Of a stretch of 64,000 bases of DNA, positions 8,633-19,026 are shown one piece after another (position 1 is the first letter of the stretch; every line of letters begins with the position of its first letter). The position numbers and the translations under genes are program-made. The DNA comes from an uncultured Desulfospira sp. (GTDB lineage: Bacteria; Desulfobacterota; Desulfobacteria; Desulfobacterales; Desulfobacteraceae): contig OY760175.1 of assembly GCA_963663165.1 (NCBI GenBank), positions 3,840,001 to 3,904,000 on the forward strand, given 5' to 3'. Below the pieces are notes generated by a model, which was not told where the DNA came from, searched no databases, and was given only the letters and a program-made list of their open reading frames with translations.

Positions 8633-11275
8633 ATGGCAGCAAAAAAAATTGACGAATCAAAAATGAAAGTCGACAAAACGGTTTACAAAGCCTTAGGGCT
8701 TAGTGGCGGGATCTTCGGTGCCTCGCCTTGTGCCGTGGACGTGAAAGACGGGAAAGTTATTCGTATCAGACCGATGCATTGGGCTGAAAAATACGATTAT
8801 AACAGCTTTAATCCCTGGAAGATCGAGCGGAACGGAAAGCTGTTTGAACCCCTTCACAAATCCGTACCTTCACCGTGGAGTCTGGCTTACAAAAAGCGGA
8901 CCTATTCGCCAAACCGGGTCAAGTACCCCTTAAAACGCGTTGACTGGGACCCTAAGGGGGATCGGAACACCCAAAACCGCGGCAAAAGTAAATTCGTACG
9001 GATCTCCTGGGACGAAGCCACTGATCTTATTGCAGATGAAATCAAACGGGTTCACAAAGAGTACGGCCCATTGAGCATCCTGGTCCAAGGCGACGGACAC
9101 GGTGAATGTAAGATGCTTCACGCGCCTCATGGTTGCTCCACCCTGCTGTTCGACAAGATGGGCGGTTTTACTCAGCAAGTGCGAAATCCTGACTCCTGGG
9201 AAGGCTGGTACTGGGGTGCCAAGCACGTCTGGGGAAAAGGCTTCATCGGCATGATGGCCCCGGCTGAAAACGTGGTAAAAGATATCTGCGAAAACAGCGA
9301 CATGGTTGTCGTCTGGGGCGGTGACCCGGAAACCACCCACTGGGGCTTCCGCGGCCAGCTGGCCAGCCGTCTGCTCTATTACTGGACGGAAATCGGTATC
9401 AAACAGGTCTATATCTGTCCGGACCTGAACTACTCCGCCTGTATCCACGCCGACAAGTGGATCCCGGTCCTGCCCAACACAGATGCGGCCCTTCAGCTGG
9501 CCATCATCTACCTGTGGGTGACCGAAGACACCTATGACAAAGAATATGTCAAAACCCACTGCATCGGCATGGACAAAATCGAAGACTATGTCCTGGGTAA
9601 AGTAGACGGCGTCGTCAAAACACCGAAGTGGGCATCAGAAAAATGCGGCGTTCCGCCATGGACCATCAAAGCCCTGGCCCGCGACTGGGCCAAGAAGATT
9701 GTCACCATCGGCCATTACTTTGCCGGCGGTATGGCCAGAGGGCCCTTCTCTCACGAACCGGCCCGCCTTGAATGTATCTTGCTGGGCATGCAGGGCCTGG
9801 GTAAACCCGGCGTTCATCAGGCCCAGATCGCTTACACGGGCATGCCTAAAAATGTCACTGCCGGCGGCGCCGACCATATGGGCACCTTTGGCAACCTTGA
9901 AGGCACACCGGCAGGCGAACGTATCCTGAAACCCCACCGGGGCACACCCACCGCCTGGGGCAAACAGATGATTCCCAAAACCCTTATCGAAAAGGCCATC
10001 AAAGAGGGCACCGTGGAATTCTGGGGCACTGGCGGCCATGAAGAAGATTCCACGAACCAATACGTAAAATATACCTATCCCATCCCCAAGGAAGAAGGCG
10101 GGACAGAAGTCCACTTTTTCTGGACAGACACCCCCTGCCGCCAGACCTGCTGGGGCCATGGCAATGATATCGCCGATACGGTCCGTGATCCCAAGATTGA
10201 AACCGTTGTCGCCCAGCATCCCTGGCTGGAAAACGACTGCCTGTTCGCCGATATCATTCTGCCCACCAACACCACCCTTGAGGTGGATGACATTTCTCCT
10301 TGTCTTCGTGACGGCGACAGCTTCCAGAGCGTTATCAACATGCGCAAGGCCGTTGAGCCTGTGGGCGAATCAAAGTCTGACTTTGAAGCCATTGTTGAAG
10401 TGGCCAAAAAGCTGGGTATGGAAGAAGCGGTTACCGAAGGTTTCACCATTGACGACCTGATCCGGGAAACTTATCTGGGCATGAAGTTTGACAAAGTCAT
10501 TCCTTTTGAAGAGTTCCTGGAAAAAGACTATGTGATTCTGCCGGTTGCCAAAAACTGGGAAGAGCATCCTGCAGGTCTTTACAAGTTCTACGAAGATCCG
10601 GAAGCCAACCCGCTTCCCACACCAACCGGAAAGCTTGAGTTCTACTCAAAAAGCCTTGAGGAAGCCTTCCCCTGTGACGAAGAACGTCCTCCCTTCCCCA
10701 AATGGCTGGAGAAAACCATCACCCATGATGAAAGAACCTCCAGTTACCGCGCCAAGAAATACCCGCTGCTCGTACTGTCCAACCACGGCCGGTGGAGAGT
10801 TCATGCCCAGGCCGATGATATCCCCTGGAGCAAGGAAGCCATGACCGGTAAGGTCAGAGGGTTTGACGGCTATCTGTATGAACCCTGCTGGATCAATACC
10901 CAGGACGCTGAAGCCCGCGGCATCAAGTTTGGTGATATTGTCCGGGTCTACAACGAACGCGGCAGCGTTCTGTGCGGTGCCCTGGCTTACGAACGGGTCA
11001 TGCCCGGAGCCGTCTCCATCGATCACGGTGCCCGGGTGGATTTCATTATCCCCGGAGAACTGGATCGCGGTGGCGCCATCAACCTGATCACCCCGGGCGG
11101 TTTAACATCAAAACATGCAGCCGGTCAGGCCACCACTGCCTTCCTGGTAGAGGTTGAAAGGGTCAGCATGCAGCAAATGGATGAATGGCGGCAGAAATAT
11201 CCGGAAGCCTTTGAAAGACAGTATGATTATGCGTCAGGCCTGCACTTTAACGGATGGATCGAGGAGGAAAAATAG
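8633..11275 (+). CDS. Molybdopterin oxidoreductase alpha subunit, transhydroxylase-related paralog 2
   Basis: YPLKRVDWDP, QGDGHGECK, NPDSWEGWYWG, SNHGRWRVH, DRGGAIN. Confidence 0.9.
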   Translation: MAAKKIDESKMKVDKTVYKALGLSGGIFGASPCAVDVKDGKVIRIRPMHWAEKYDYNSFNPWKIERNGKLFEPLHKSVPSPWSLAYKKRTYSPNRVKYPLKRVDWDPKGDRNTQNRGKSKFVRISWDEATDLIADEIKRVHKEYGPLSILVQGDGHGECKMLHAPHGCSTLLFDKMGGFTQQVRNPDSWEGWYWGAKHVWGKGFIGMMAPAENVVKDICENSDMVVVWGGDPETTHWGFRGQLASRLLYYWTEIGIKQVYICPDLNYSACIHADKWIPVLPNTDAALQLAIIYLWVTEDTYDKEYVKTHCIGMDKIEDYVLGKVDGVVKTPKWASEKCGVPPWTIKALARDWAKKIVTIGHYFAGGMARGPFSHEPARLECILLGMQGLGKPGVHQAQIAYTGMPKNVTAGGADHMGTFGNLEGTPAGERILKPHRGTPTAWGKQMIPKTLIEKAIKEGTVEFWGTGGHEEDSTNQYVKYTYPIPKEEGGTEVHFFWTDTPCRQTCWGHGNDIADTVRDPKIETVVAQHPWLENDCLFADIILPTNTTLEVDDISPCLRDGDSFQSVINMRKAVEPVGESKSDFEAIVEVAKKLGMEEAVTEGFTIDDLIRETYLGMKFDKVIPFEEFLEKDYVILPVAKNWEEHPAGLYKFYEDPEANPLPTPTGKLEFYSKSLEEAFPCDEERPPFPKWLEKTITHDERTSSYRAKKYPLLVLSNHGRWRVHAQADDIPWSKEAMTGKVRGFDGYLYEPCWINTQDAEARGIKFGDIVRVYNERGSVLCGALAYERVMPGAVSIDHGARVDFIIPGELDRGGAINLITPGGLTSKHAAGQATTAFLVEVERVSMQQMDEWRQKYPEAFERQYDYASGLHFNGWIEEEK

Positions 11276-11277
11276 AT

Positions 11278-12099
11278 ATGGGAAAAAAAGTATTTGTAAT
11301 TGATTTGTCTATCTGTAACGGATGTTATACCTGCCAGTTTGCCTGCAAAGACGAACATTGCGGCAATGACTGGTCGCCAATTGCCAAATCCCAGCCCGAA
11401 ATCGGGCAGTTCTGGGTAAAGCTGACCGAAGAGGTTCGCGGTACGGTTCCCAAGGTCAAGGTAGCATACCGTCCCCATATGTGCATGCATTGCGACAATG
11501 CCGCCTGCATGGCTTCCTGCCCCACTGAAGGTGCCATCTACAAACGCGACGACGGGCTGGTCATCATTGATGCTGAAGCCTGCACCGGATGCCGGAACTG
11601 CATGGACGCATGCCCTTATGACGCTATCTATTTCAATGAAGACCTCAACCTGGCACAGAAATGCACCGGTTGCGCCCACCTGCTGGACAGCGGATGGGAA
11701 GAACCCAGATGCGTGGATGCATGCCCGACCCTGGCCCTCAAGTTTGTGGATGAAGACGAAGCAAAAGATATAATTGCCGCGTCTGAAGTCTGGAAACCCG
11801 AGTTAAAAGACACGGCCAAACCCCGGGTCTACTATCAGAATGTGCCGGGACAGTTTATTGCCGGCACCCTGTATGACCCTGCCGAGGAAGAAGTGATCAT
11901 CGGTGCTGTCGCCAACTTGACCGGCAGCGACGGAAAGGCGTTGACCGCAGAAACCGACGCCTATGGCGATTTCTGGTTTGAAGGGCTTGACAAAGGGGTT
12001 TTTGACCTTGAGCTGAAAAGTAATGGAAAGGTCAAAAGCTTTACCGGGCTCGACATAACTCAAAAAGACTTGAACCTCGGGGATATTCCCTTAGTATAA
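11278..12099 (+). CDS. Fe-S beta subunit with four [4Fe-4S] motifs and C-terminal beta-sandwich
   Basis: CNGCYTCQFAC, CMHCDNAACMASC, CTGCRNCMDAC, CTGC...CVDAC; start at MGKKV with GGAGG RBS. Confidence 0.9.
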   Translation: MGKKVFVIDLSICNGCYTCQFACKDEHCGNDWSPIAKSQPEIGQFWVKLTEEVRGTVPKVKVAYRPHMCMHCDNAACMASCPTEGAIYKRDDGLVIIDAEACTGCRNCMDACPYDAIYFNEDLNLAQKCTGCAHLLDSGWEEPRCVDACPTLALKFVDEDEAKDIIAASEVWKPELKDTAKPRVYYQNVPGQFIAGTLYDPAEEEVIIGAVANLTGSDGKALTAETDAYGDFWFEGLDKGVFDLELKSNGKVKSFTGLDITQKDLNLGDIPLV

Positions 12100-12389
12100 C
12101 GGCCGCGGCCGGCCTGGATGGAGAAACCAACACTTCCCCTTCCAGGCTGGCCTGCTGGTAAAGCCATTGCGCAACACCGGATGGCTGACGGCTAAAAACC
12201 ATAGTTTATTGCAAATGAATTAATCCATAGCTGGACTTCTTAATTTTGGCTCTTGCTCAAGACCATAAATTCAGGTAAGAGCAAGATGACGCGCAGGAGA
12301 AACAGATCTAGTCATTTGCGGCAGACTATAGCAGCTTTTACATAAACTGTTCTGTGCTGGGAGCAACGGCCCCTGACATAGGAGAATTG

Positions 12390-13415
12390 ATGATGCTGAC
12401 AAGGGAAACCCCTAACGCCTTCTTCCTGAAACCAGGTTCAGTAAGCCAGTCCATCGGCGTCACCACAGGGGGATATCGAAATATCCGGGAACTTTTACAC
12501 CATTCCTGCCCCGGGCTGATGGCCTCGGCAAGAAAGGTGATTGAAGACTCGGAATTTACCTATTGCAACAATGCCAGAAAAGAGAGCTTTTTATGGCAGC
12601 ATACGGTATACGTTGCCTCCATGGCCATGACCCTCTCATATAAAGAAGGCATTGATCCGCTGTTTCCGGTTCTAATATCCCTGTTCCATGACAGTGGAAA
12701 ATTTGATAAGGGTAAATTTCATTCAGGCAACACACCGGAAGAAGAAAAAGGCGCCGCTATTGCGATAGACCTGATGAAGGCGGCAGGCTTTTCCCGGGAA
12801 GCATGCGGGCAGGTCAGGAGCAGCCTTTTGGCGCTGCACAATGATAATGTAAAAGGAGATATCAACACCCGTATCGTTAATGACGCTGATTTTCTAGTCA
12901 AATTCGGGCATATGGGATTTGCCAATTTTTTTGAAAAATCCGTACTCAGGGGCATGGTGATCCGCAGCAGTATCCTTAAAACCCTAAGCAAGGAACTGAC
13001 TTATGCGGCAAGCCTTGCCACCCATATGCATACCCGGTCCGGAAAGGCCATGGCCCGAAAAAAAGCGGCCGTGTCCATTTCCCTGTTCCGCAATTACCTT
13101 GAGGAGTTAAGGATTGCCGGGATTGCCGATTATGAGATCCGGAAAACCAGGGTTTCCTGGTGTAAGGATATCCGGATTTTTCTGGTTTTGCCCAGGGTTT
13201 GCGAGCATTGCTTTGGCAGGCTTTCGGCAAGCTTTGGCCGGGAAAAGGGGATCAAGCGTGAACGGTTGGTGGTTCATATCGACTGCCCTGTGTGCAAGGG
13301 GAACAACCGGTATGGGTTTTCCTTTTGTTTGCCCCGGATAGATTCTCACCGGACCATCACCAGCGGATCTGATTTTGAAACCACCGGCTTTTGTCCACAA
13401 CTGCAAGGAGGATGA
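12390..13415 (+). CDS. HD-domain phosphohydrolase with C-terminal CxxC...CxxC Zn-ribbon-like segment
   Basis: QHTVYV...LFHDSGK...VNDADFL HD motifs; CEHC and CPVC; GGAG RBS before ATG 12390. Confidence 0.75.
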   Translation: MMLTRETPNAFFLKPGSVSQSIGVTTGGYRNIRELLHHSCPGLMASARKVIEDSEFTYCNNARKESFLWQHTVYVASMAMTLSYKEGIDPLFPVLISLFHDSGKFDKGKFHSGNTPEEEKGAAIAIDLMKAAGFSREACGQVRSSLLALHNDNVKGDINTRIVNDADFLVKFGHMGFANFFEKSVLRGMVIRSSILKTLSKELTYAASLATHMHTRSGKAMARKKAAVSISLFRNYLEELRIAGIADYEIRKTRVSWCKDIRIFLVLPRVCEHCFGRLSASFGREKGIKRERLVVHIDCPVCKGNNRYGFSFCLPRIDSHRTITSGSDFETTGFCPQLQGG

Positions 13416-13557
13416 CCGCTAAAAGCTACCGGCTAAATGCCAATAGCGAATAGCTTGCAAAATAAACATTTAGCAATGAAAGGAGGTGAACTTCCCGGCA
13501 GTACCGTTTCAAGATGGCGAAAATTGGGTAACACTAAACTAAAGAAAGGAGAAGTAA

Positions 13558-14571
13558 ATGCAAAAGAATCGTTTGATGGTTAGATTATTGTTCGCAGCTC
13601 TTTTCATTATGGCCGGAGTGTTTTCTACTACATTCCTTTCACCTGCAACCTCTCAAGCCGCCGATGTCATAGAGCTCAAAGCGGTAACCTCTTTTCCCAA
13701 AAGTGCAGTTGACAACCTGGCACTGCCCGACCTGATTAAACTGGTTGAAAAAAAGACCAATGGGCAGATCAAAATCAAATATGTGGGTGGCCCTGAAGTT
13801 GTTAAGACCTTTGACCAGGCCGAAGCACTCCGTCGCGGCAACATTGACATGATTTTGTTTACCCCGCTGGGGTATTTAAAGTCCCTTGCGCCTGAACTCC
13901 AGGCCAAAGGCCTTTCAAAACTGACCGCCTGGGAAGAGCGTAAAAAAGGGGTTAATGAGATCTGGGATAAAATCCTTCAGGAAAAAGTCGGTGCCAAATA
14001 CCTGGGGAACATCCACTCTGTGGTCGATTTCAGTATTTATACCAATAAAAAGGTATCCGGACTTGCCGATTTTAAAGGCCTGAAAATCCGGGCCATGCCG
14101 CTGTATACTGCCTTCCTCCAGAAATTGGGGGCCAAACCCATCATTATCCCGCCCACCGATATCTATACCGCCATGCAGCGCGGCGTTGTGGACGGATTTA
14201 TCTTCTCAACCGACTTCGAGGTTCCCAACTGGGGATGGCACGAAGTCAGCAAGTACAAAATCGTTCCAGGCTTTTTCCAGCTTGAAAACGGTACGTTGAT
14301 CAACTTGAAAAAATTCAACTCGCTTCCCAAAGACTGTCAGGAAGCCCTTGAAACTTGTGTAGAAATTTTTGAAGGCATTGATACCGTCCGGATCATCCAG
14401 ACCAAGGACAAGGCCTGGGAGATCATGAAGGCCGCTGGTGTTCAGGAGATCGTACTGCCTGATGAAGACGCCAAGAAACTGGTAGAAATTGCCGAATCAG
14501 CGACCTGGGAAGCAGTTCTCAAGGATGCGCCTGAAATGGCAGAAGTAAAAGAGCTGATTACCACGAAATAA
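13558..14571 (+). CDS. dctP: TRAP substrate-binding protein, orphan paralog
   Basis: Long identical blocks with 2228..3250 (LKAVT.FPK, YVGGPEVVK, APELQAKGLS, KGLKIRAMPLY). Confidence 0.92.
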   Translation: MQKNRLMVRLLFAALFIMAGVFSTTFLSPATSQAADVIELKAVTSFPKSAVDNLALPDLIKLVEKKTNGQIKIKYVGGPEVVKTFDQAEALRRGNIDMILFTPLGYLKSLAPELQAKGLSKLTAWEERKKGVNEIWDKILQEKVGAKYLGNIHSVVDFSIYTNKKVSGLADFKGLKIRAMPLYTAFLQKLGAKPIIIPPTDIYTAMQRGVVDGFIFSTDFEVPNWGWHEVSKYKIVPGFFQLENGTLINLKKFNSLPKDCQEALETCVEIFEGIDTVRIIQTKDKAWEIMKAAGVQEIVLPDEDAKKLVEIAESATWEAVLKDAPEMAEVKELITTK

Positions 14572-14676
14572 TTTTCGTGTTGTACAACGCTTTTTTAAGG
14601 CGTTAAATATAACGCCGGCTGATACCTTGCTGTTGACCTCCACTATCTGAACTGAATCTCTTATCAGCACCTTTAT

Positions 14677-14761
14677 ATTAACCCGGCAACTTCTCGTTTA
14701 CGGTTGCTGGTCTCGGTTTTCTATGTCTCTACGGATCTTGTAGTAGAATTGCCGGGTTAAT
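14677..14761. repeat. Perfect 13-bp inverted repeat with long loop
   Basis: ATTAACCCGGCAA / TTGCCGGGTTAAT downstream of dctP2. Confidence 0.5.
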
Positions 14762-14809
14762 AAACGCCTTTGAATCCGGGTTTTACCCGAACCTTAATGA
14801 AAAAGGGAT

Positions 14810-14996
14810 ATGGCCGAGAAAGACCGGACCTATTCCCACCACAGGATAAAATATCCAATGGTTCGTGAGGATTTTGATCCCAATGGAGAAACGAAATACC
14901 GAGAACCGCGGAAAATCAGGCTGCCGCCGGGTTAGCTGGAACGAAGCATTGGATATGGTATCCTCTGAAATCAAGCGGGTCCAGGACACTTATGGT
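14810..14996 (+). pseudogene. Frameshifted fragment of a transhydroxylase-like alpha subunit N-terminus
   Basis: Translates MAEKDRTYSHHRIKYPMVREDFDPNGE/RNTENRGKSGCRRVSWNEALDMVSSEIKRVQDTYG with one extra A near 14890. Confidence 0.85.
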
Positions 14997-15239
14997 AAGG
15001 GTTTGGCGATTTTGAATTTGAAAACCTGCCCAAGGGAAATGAATATACATTAAAAATAGAACTAGAACTGCCCGGGTATTTGCCCTGGGAGACCATTTTA
15101 ACAACAGATGAGCATTGGGTTGACGGCCGGATTCAATTGACCAGGCAGTAAGCAAACCTTAAGGTTAAAGATACCGGCCCGTCATCGTCCATGTTTTAAA
15201 GACGACTGGAAAAAAATTATTTGACGAAAATTAACATTG

Positions 15240-15322
15240 ATTGTCGTCTTCAGTACAGTCACAGAATTTTATTTCTGAGAAGATCTTAAATCATCACGGT
15301 TAAAGAAGTTCTCGGCAATAAT
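15240..15322 (+). promoter_or_regulatory. Conserved upstream element copy 1 with Crp/Fnr-like TGT-N10-ACA site
   Basis: 22-bp identity ATTGTCGTCTTCAGTACAGTCA with 21223-21244, then TTTCTGAGAAGAT at the same spacing and AAGAAGTTCxCGGCAATAAT. Confidence 0.7.
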
Positions 15323-15462
15323 ACCGGGTATGCGCGCTGCCCATGAAACGGGTTGATTGGAACCCAAACGGTGAACGGAACCCCCAAAACAGGGGGAAAA
15401 ACAAATATGAATGAATCAGTTAGGCAAAAGCTGCAAAAATCGCATTAAATGAGATTGACCGC
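15323..15462 (+). pseudogene. Second alpha-subunit remnant with in-frame stops
   Basis: Translates PMKRVDWNPNGERNPQNRGKNKYE*IS*AKAAKIALNEIDR, colinear with 21625-21750. Confidence 0.85.
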
Positions 15463-15493
15463 TTTACGCCTGGGTTGTGGGAGGTGACAAATT

Positions 15494-16315
15494 ATGAAAG
15501 TATTTGCTATTGACTTATCCATGTGCAACGGATGCTATTGCTGTCAGATTGCCTGCAAAGACGAACATGTGGGCAATGACTGGGCGCCTTATGCCAAACC
15601 CCAGCCCGATACAGGACAATTTTGGATCGGCTTGGAAGAACAGGTTCGCGGCCAGGTGCCCAAGGTCATGGTGACCTACATTCCCCACCTTTGTCAGCAT
15701 TGCGACGATGCGCCGTGTATCAAGCAGTGCGAAGTGGGTGCCATCCTGAAACGGGACGACGGCATTGTGTTGATTGAACCTGATTTATGCACCGGCTGCC
15801 AGCTGTGCGTCAGCACTTGTCCTTACAATGCCATTTTCTTTAATGAAGATTTGAACATTGCCCAGAAATGCACGGGATGCAGCCATCTGCGGGACAATGA
15901 ACCCGATGAATGGACCGTGCCGCGCTGCGTGGACCAGTGCCCCACCGACGCCCTTCGTTTCGGTGAAGAGGAAGAGTTTGCCGATTTTATCAAAGACGCC
16001 CAACAGTTGAACCCGGATGCCGGCACCAAGGGCCGGGTCTATTACAAAAATCTTCCTAAAAAGTTCATTGGCGGCACCATCTACGATCCCAGCGAAAAAG
16101 AGGTGATCATCGGCGCCGCATGCACGCTAAAGGACAACGATTCCGGCCAAAGCTTTTCCACTGAAACGGACAACTTTGGTGACTTTTGGTTTCGAGGGCT
16201 GGACGATGACCGCAGTTTTACCCTGACCTTTGAAAAGAACGGTAAAACCCATACTATCGACGGCATATCCACGGATAAGGATCTTTCTTTGGGGGATATC
16301 CCTATAACCTTTTAA
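15494..16315 (+). CDS. Fe-S beta subunit with four [4Fe-4S] motifs
   Basis: CNGCYCCQIAC, CQHCDDAPCIKQC, CTGCQLCVSTC, CTGC...CVDQC. Confidence 0.9.
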   Translation: MKVFAIDLSMCNGCYCCQIACKDEHVGNDWAPYAKPQPDTGQFWIGLEEQVRGQVPKVMVTYIPHLCQHCDDAPCIKQCEVGAILKRDDGIVLIEPDLCTGCQLCVSTCPYNAIFFNEDLNIAQKCTGCSHLRDNEPDEWTVPRCVDQCPTDALRFGEEEEFADFIKDAQQLNPDAGTKGRVYYKNLPKKFIGGTIYDPSEKEVIIGAACTLKDNDSGQSFSTETDNFGDFWFRGLDDDRSFTLTFEKNGKTHTIDGISTDKDLSLGDIPITF

Positions 16316-16371
16316 TTTAATATAAGAAATTCTTATTCGATCAATTACAATGCTGGAGGCAAATATACGTT

Positions 16372-18972
16372 ATGGCAACAATAAAAACCAAAGATAAAAC
16401 AGTTCTCAGGAGTCTCGGATTAGGTGGTTTTTTCGGGGGCGGTGCCGAAGGGATGGTGGATGTTAAAAACGGCAAGATCGTCCGCGTTCGCCCCATGAGA
16501 TACGGCTGGAAATACAAAGAAGACGATGTCCGGCAGTGGACCATTACCAAAGACGGCAAATCCATTGGGCCCGGCTGGAAAAGCCTTCCCGGCCCCTTTT
16601 CCCTGGCTTACAAAAAACGGGTTTATTCCCCCAACCGGATCCTGTTCCCCCTAAAACGGGTGGACTGGGACCCCAACGGCGAACGCAACACCCAGAACCG
16701 GGGAAAAAGCAAATATAAACGGATTTCCTGGGATGAGGCCTCAGATCTGATTGCATCTGAAATCAAACGAATTCATAAAAAATACGGGGTCCACGCCATC
16801 CTGATGCAGGGTGACGGCCATGGCGAGTGCAAGTCTATTAACACCCCCCACGGCCATCCGGGAAACCTTCTGGACCACATGGGCGGGTTTACCCTTCAGG
16901 TCCGTAACCCGGACTCCTGGGAGGGCTGGTACTGGGGGGCCAAACATGTCTGGGGCCACGGGGTCCAGGGCAACATGTGGCCGGCCGCCAATACGGTAAA
17001 AGACTGTACCGAACACTCTGAAATGGTCCTGTTCTGGGGATGTGATCCCGAGACCACGCCCTGGGGCTTTGCCGGACAGTTTGCCAGCCGGCTGTGCTAT
17101 TTCTGGGAACAACTGGGAATCAAACAGGTCTATATCTGCCCGGACTTAAACTATGGGGCTGCGGTTCATGCGGACAAGTGGATCCCCATCCTTCCCAATA
17201 CGGACGCGGCCCTGCAACTGGCCATTGCCCATGTCTGGATCACTGAAAATCTTTATGACAAGGCTTATGTGGACACCCATGTGGTGGGCATGCAGGAATT
17301 TGCCGAGTATGTTCTGGGCGAAGAGGACGGCATTGAAAAAACACCGGAATGGGCATCCAGAAAATGCGGCATCCCGGAATGGACCATCAAAGCCTTAGCC
17401 CGGGAATTTGCCCGGAAGATTACCTCTATTGCCCATTATTTCGGCGGCGGACTCATCAGGGGACCCTTTTCCCATGAAAACGCCCGTCTTGAGGTGGTTC
17501 TGCTGAGCATGCAGGGCCTTGGCGGCCCCGGGGTTCACCAGCTTCAGTTCACCTATTTTGGCATGCCCAGAAAAGAGAACCTGGCCGGCGGTATCTGGAA
17601 TCCGGATATTGAAGAACGGCTCTCCATCCCGGTCATGTCATCCATCAGCTCCTGGCAGAAACAGGCGCTTCCCAAATGCCTGGTCCATAAGGCCATCCAG
17701 GCTGAAGGGCCTATTACCTTCTGCGGGACCGGGGCCATTGAGGGGTTGACCCGGGACCAGTTCAACGAATACACCTTTCCCATCCCCAAAGAAGAAGAAG
17801 GCAGTGAGATCCACATGATGTGGACCGACACCCCCTGCCGGATCACCTGCTGGAACGGCGGCAATGAGACCGAGGTGGCGTTACGTAACCCTAAGGTTGA
17901 AACCATTGTGGCCCAGCACCCCTGGCTTGAAAATGACTGCCTCTACGCGGACATTATCCTGCCGTCCAACACCTCCTTTGAAGTGGATGACATTGTCACC
18001 AACGTGCGCCAGGGAACGCCCCAGCCCAATATCATGATCCAGGACAAGGCCATTGAGCCCATCGGGGAATCCAAGAGTGACTTTGAGGTGGTGGTTGAAG
18101 TGGCCAAGAAAGTCGGCCTGGAAAAAGAGATGACCCAGGAACTGACCATTGCCGATCTGCAAAAGCGGATCTGGCATCACATGGGCGGCGAAAAGCTGCT
18201 TCCCTGGGAGCAGTTGGAAGAAAAGAAGTACTGGATGTACAATACCGCCAAAGACTGGGAAAATGATCCTCCGGGGCTGCGGCAGTTTTATGAAGACCCG
18301 GAACGGCATCGCCTGGGCACCCCCAGCGGCAAACTCGAATTTTATTCCGAGTCCCTGGCTGCCCGGTTTCCCGATGACCAGGAAAGACCGCCCATCCCCA
18401 AATGGATCGAAAAAAGCACCATGCACGACGAGCGCCTTTCCAGCAACCGCTCCAAAGTCTACCCCCTGCTGCTCATGTCCAACCACGGCCGCTGGCGGGT
18501 TCACTCCCAGTGCGACGACATTACCTGGACCAGGGAAGTGGGCACCTGCAAGGTTACCGGACCGGACGGGTACAAATACGAACCCTTATGGATGCACACC
18601 TCTGAAGCGGCAAAACGCGGCATAAAGAACGGGGACATCGTCAAAATCTTTAATGAACGGGGAATTGTTCTGGCCGGCGCCTTTGTCACGGAACGCTTAC
18701 GTCCCGGTGTTGTCTATATTGACCACGGTGCCCGTGCCGACGCCATCAAGGTCGGGGAAATTGACCGGGGCGGTGCCATCAACACCATATCCCCTGACGG
18801 CATCATCTCAAAGAACTGTGTGGGCCAGGCCACCAGCGGTTATCTGGTTCAGATCGAGAAGCTCAGCGGGCATGAGATGGAACAATGGCGCAATGATTAC
18901 CCGGATGCCTTTGAAAGGAAATATGATCCAGCCGCAGGTCTCAGGTTTGACGCATGGGTTGTAAAAGACTAA
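16372..18972 (+). CDS. Molybdopterin oxidoreductase alpha subunit, transhydroxylase-related paralog 3
   Basis: QGDGHGECK, NPDSWEGWYWG, SNHGRWRVH, DRGGAIN. Confidence 0.9.
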   Translation: MATIKTKDKTVLRSLGLGGFFGGGAEGMVDVKNGKIVRVRPMRYGWKYKEDDVRQWTITKDGKSIGPGWKSLPGPFSLAYKKRVYSPNRILFPLKRVDWDPNGERNTQNRGKSKYKRISWDEASDLIASEIKRIHKKYGVHAILMQGDGHGECKSINTPHGHPGNLLDHMGGFTLQVRNPDSWEGWYWGAKHVWGHGVQGNMWPAANTVKDCTEHSEMVLFWGCDPETTPWGFAGQFASRLCYFWEQLGIKQVYICPDLNYGAAVHADKWIPILPNTDAALQLAIAHVWITENLYDKAYVDTHVVGMQEFAEYVLGEEDGIEKTPEWASRKCGIPEWTIKALAREFARKITSIAHYFGGGLIRGPFSHENARLEVVLLSMQGLGGPGVHQLQFTYFGMPRKENLAGGIWNPDIEERLSIPVMSSISSWQKQALPKCLVHKAIQAEGPITFCGTGAIEGLTRDQFNEYTFPIPKEEEGSEIHMMWTDTPCRITCWNGGNETEVALRNPKVETIVAQHPWLENDCLYADIILPSNTSFEVDDIVTNVRQGTPQPNIMIQDKAIEPIGESKSDFEVVVEVAKKVGLEKEMTQELTIADLQKRIWHHMGGEKLLPWEQLEEKKYWMYNTAKDWENDPPGLRQFYEDPERHRLGTPSGKLEFYSESLAARFPDDQERPPIPKWIEKSTMHDERLSSNRSKVYPLLLMSNHGRWRVHSQCDDITWTREVGTCKVTGPDGYKYEPLWMHTSEAAKRGIKNGDIVKIFNERGIVLAGAFVTERLRPGVVYIDHGARADAIKVGEIDRGGAINTISPDGIISKNCVGQATSGYLVQIEKLSGHEMEQWRNDYPDAFERKYDPAAGLRFDAWVVKD

Positions 18973-19026
18973 TATAGAGGCAGTCAGTGAAACAACTTAC
19001 GCCTAAGAGACAAATAAGGAGATAAA

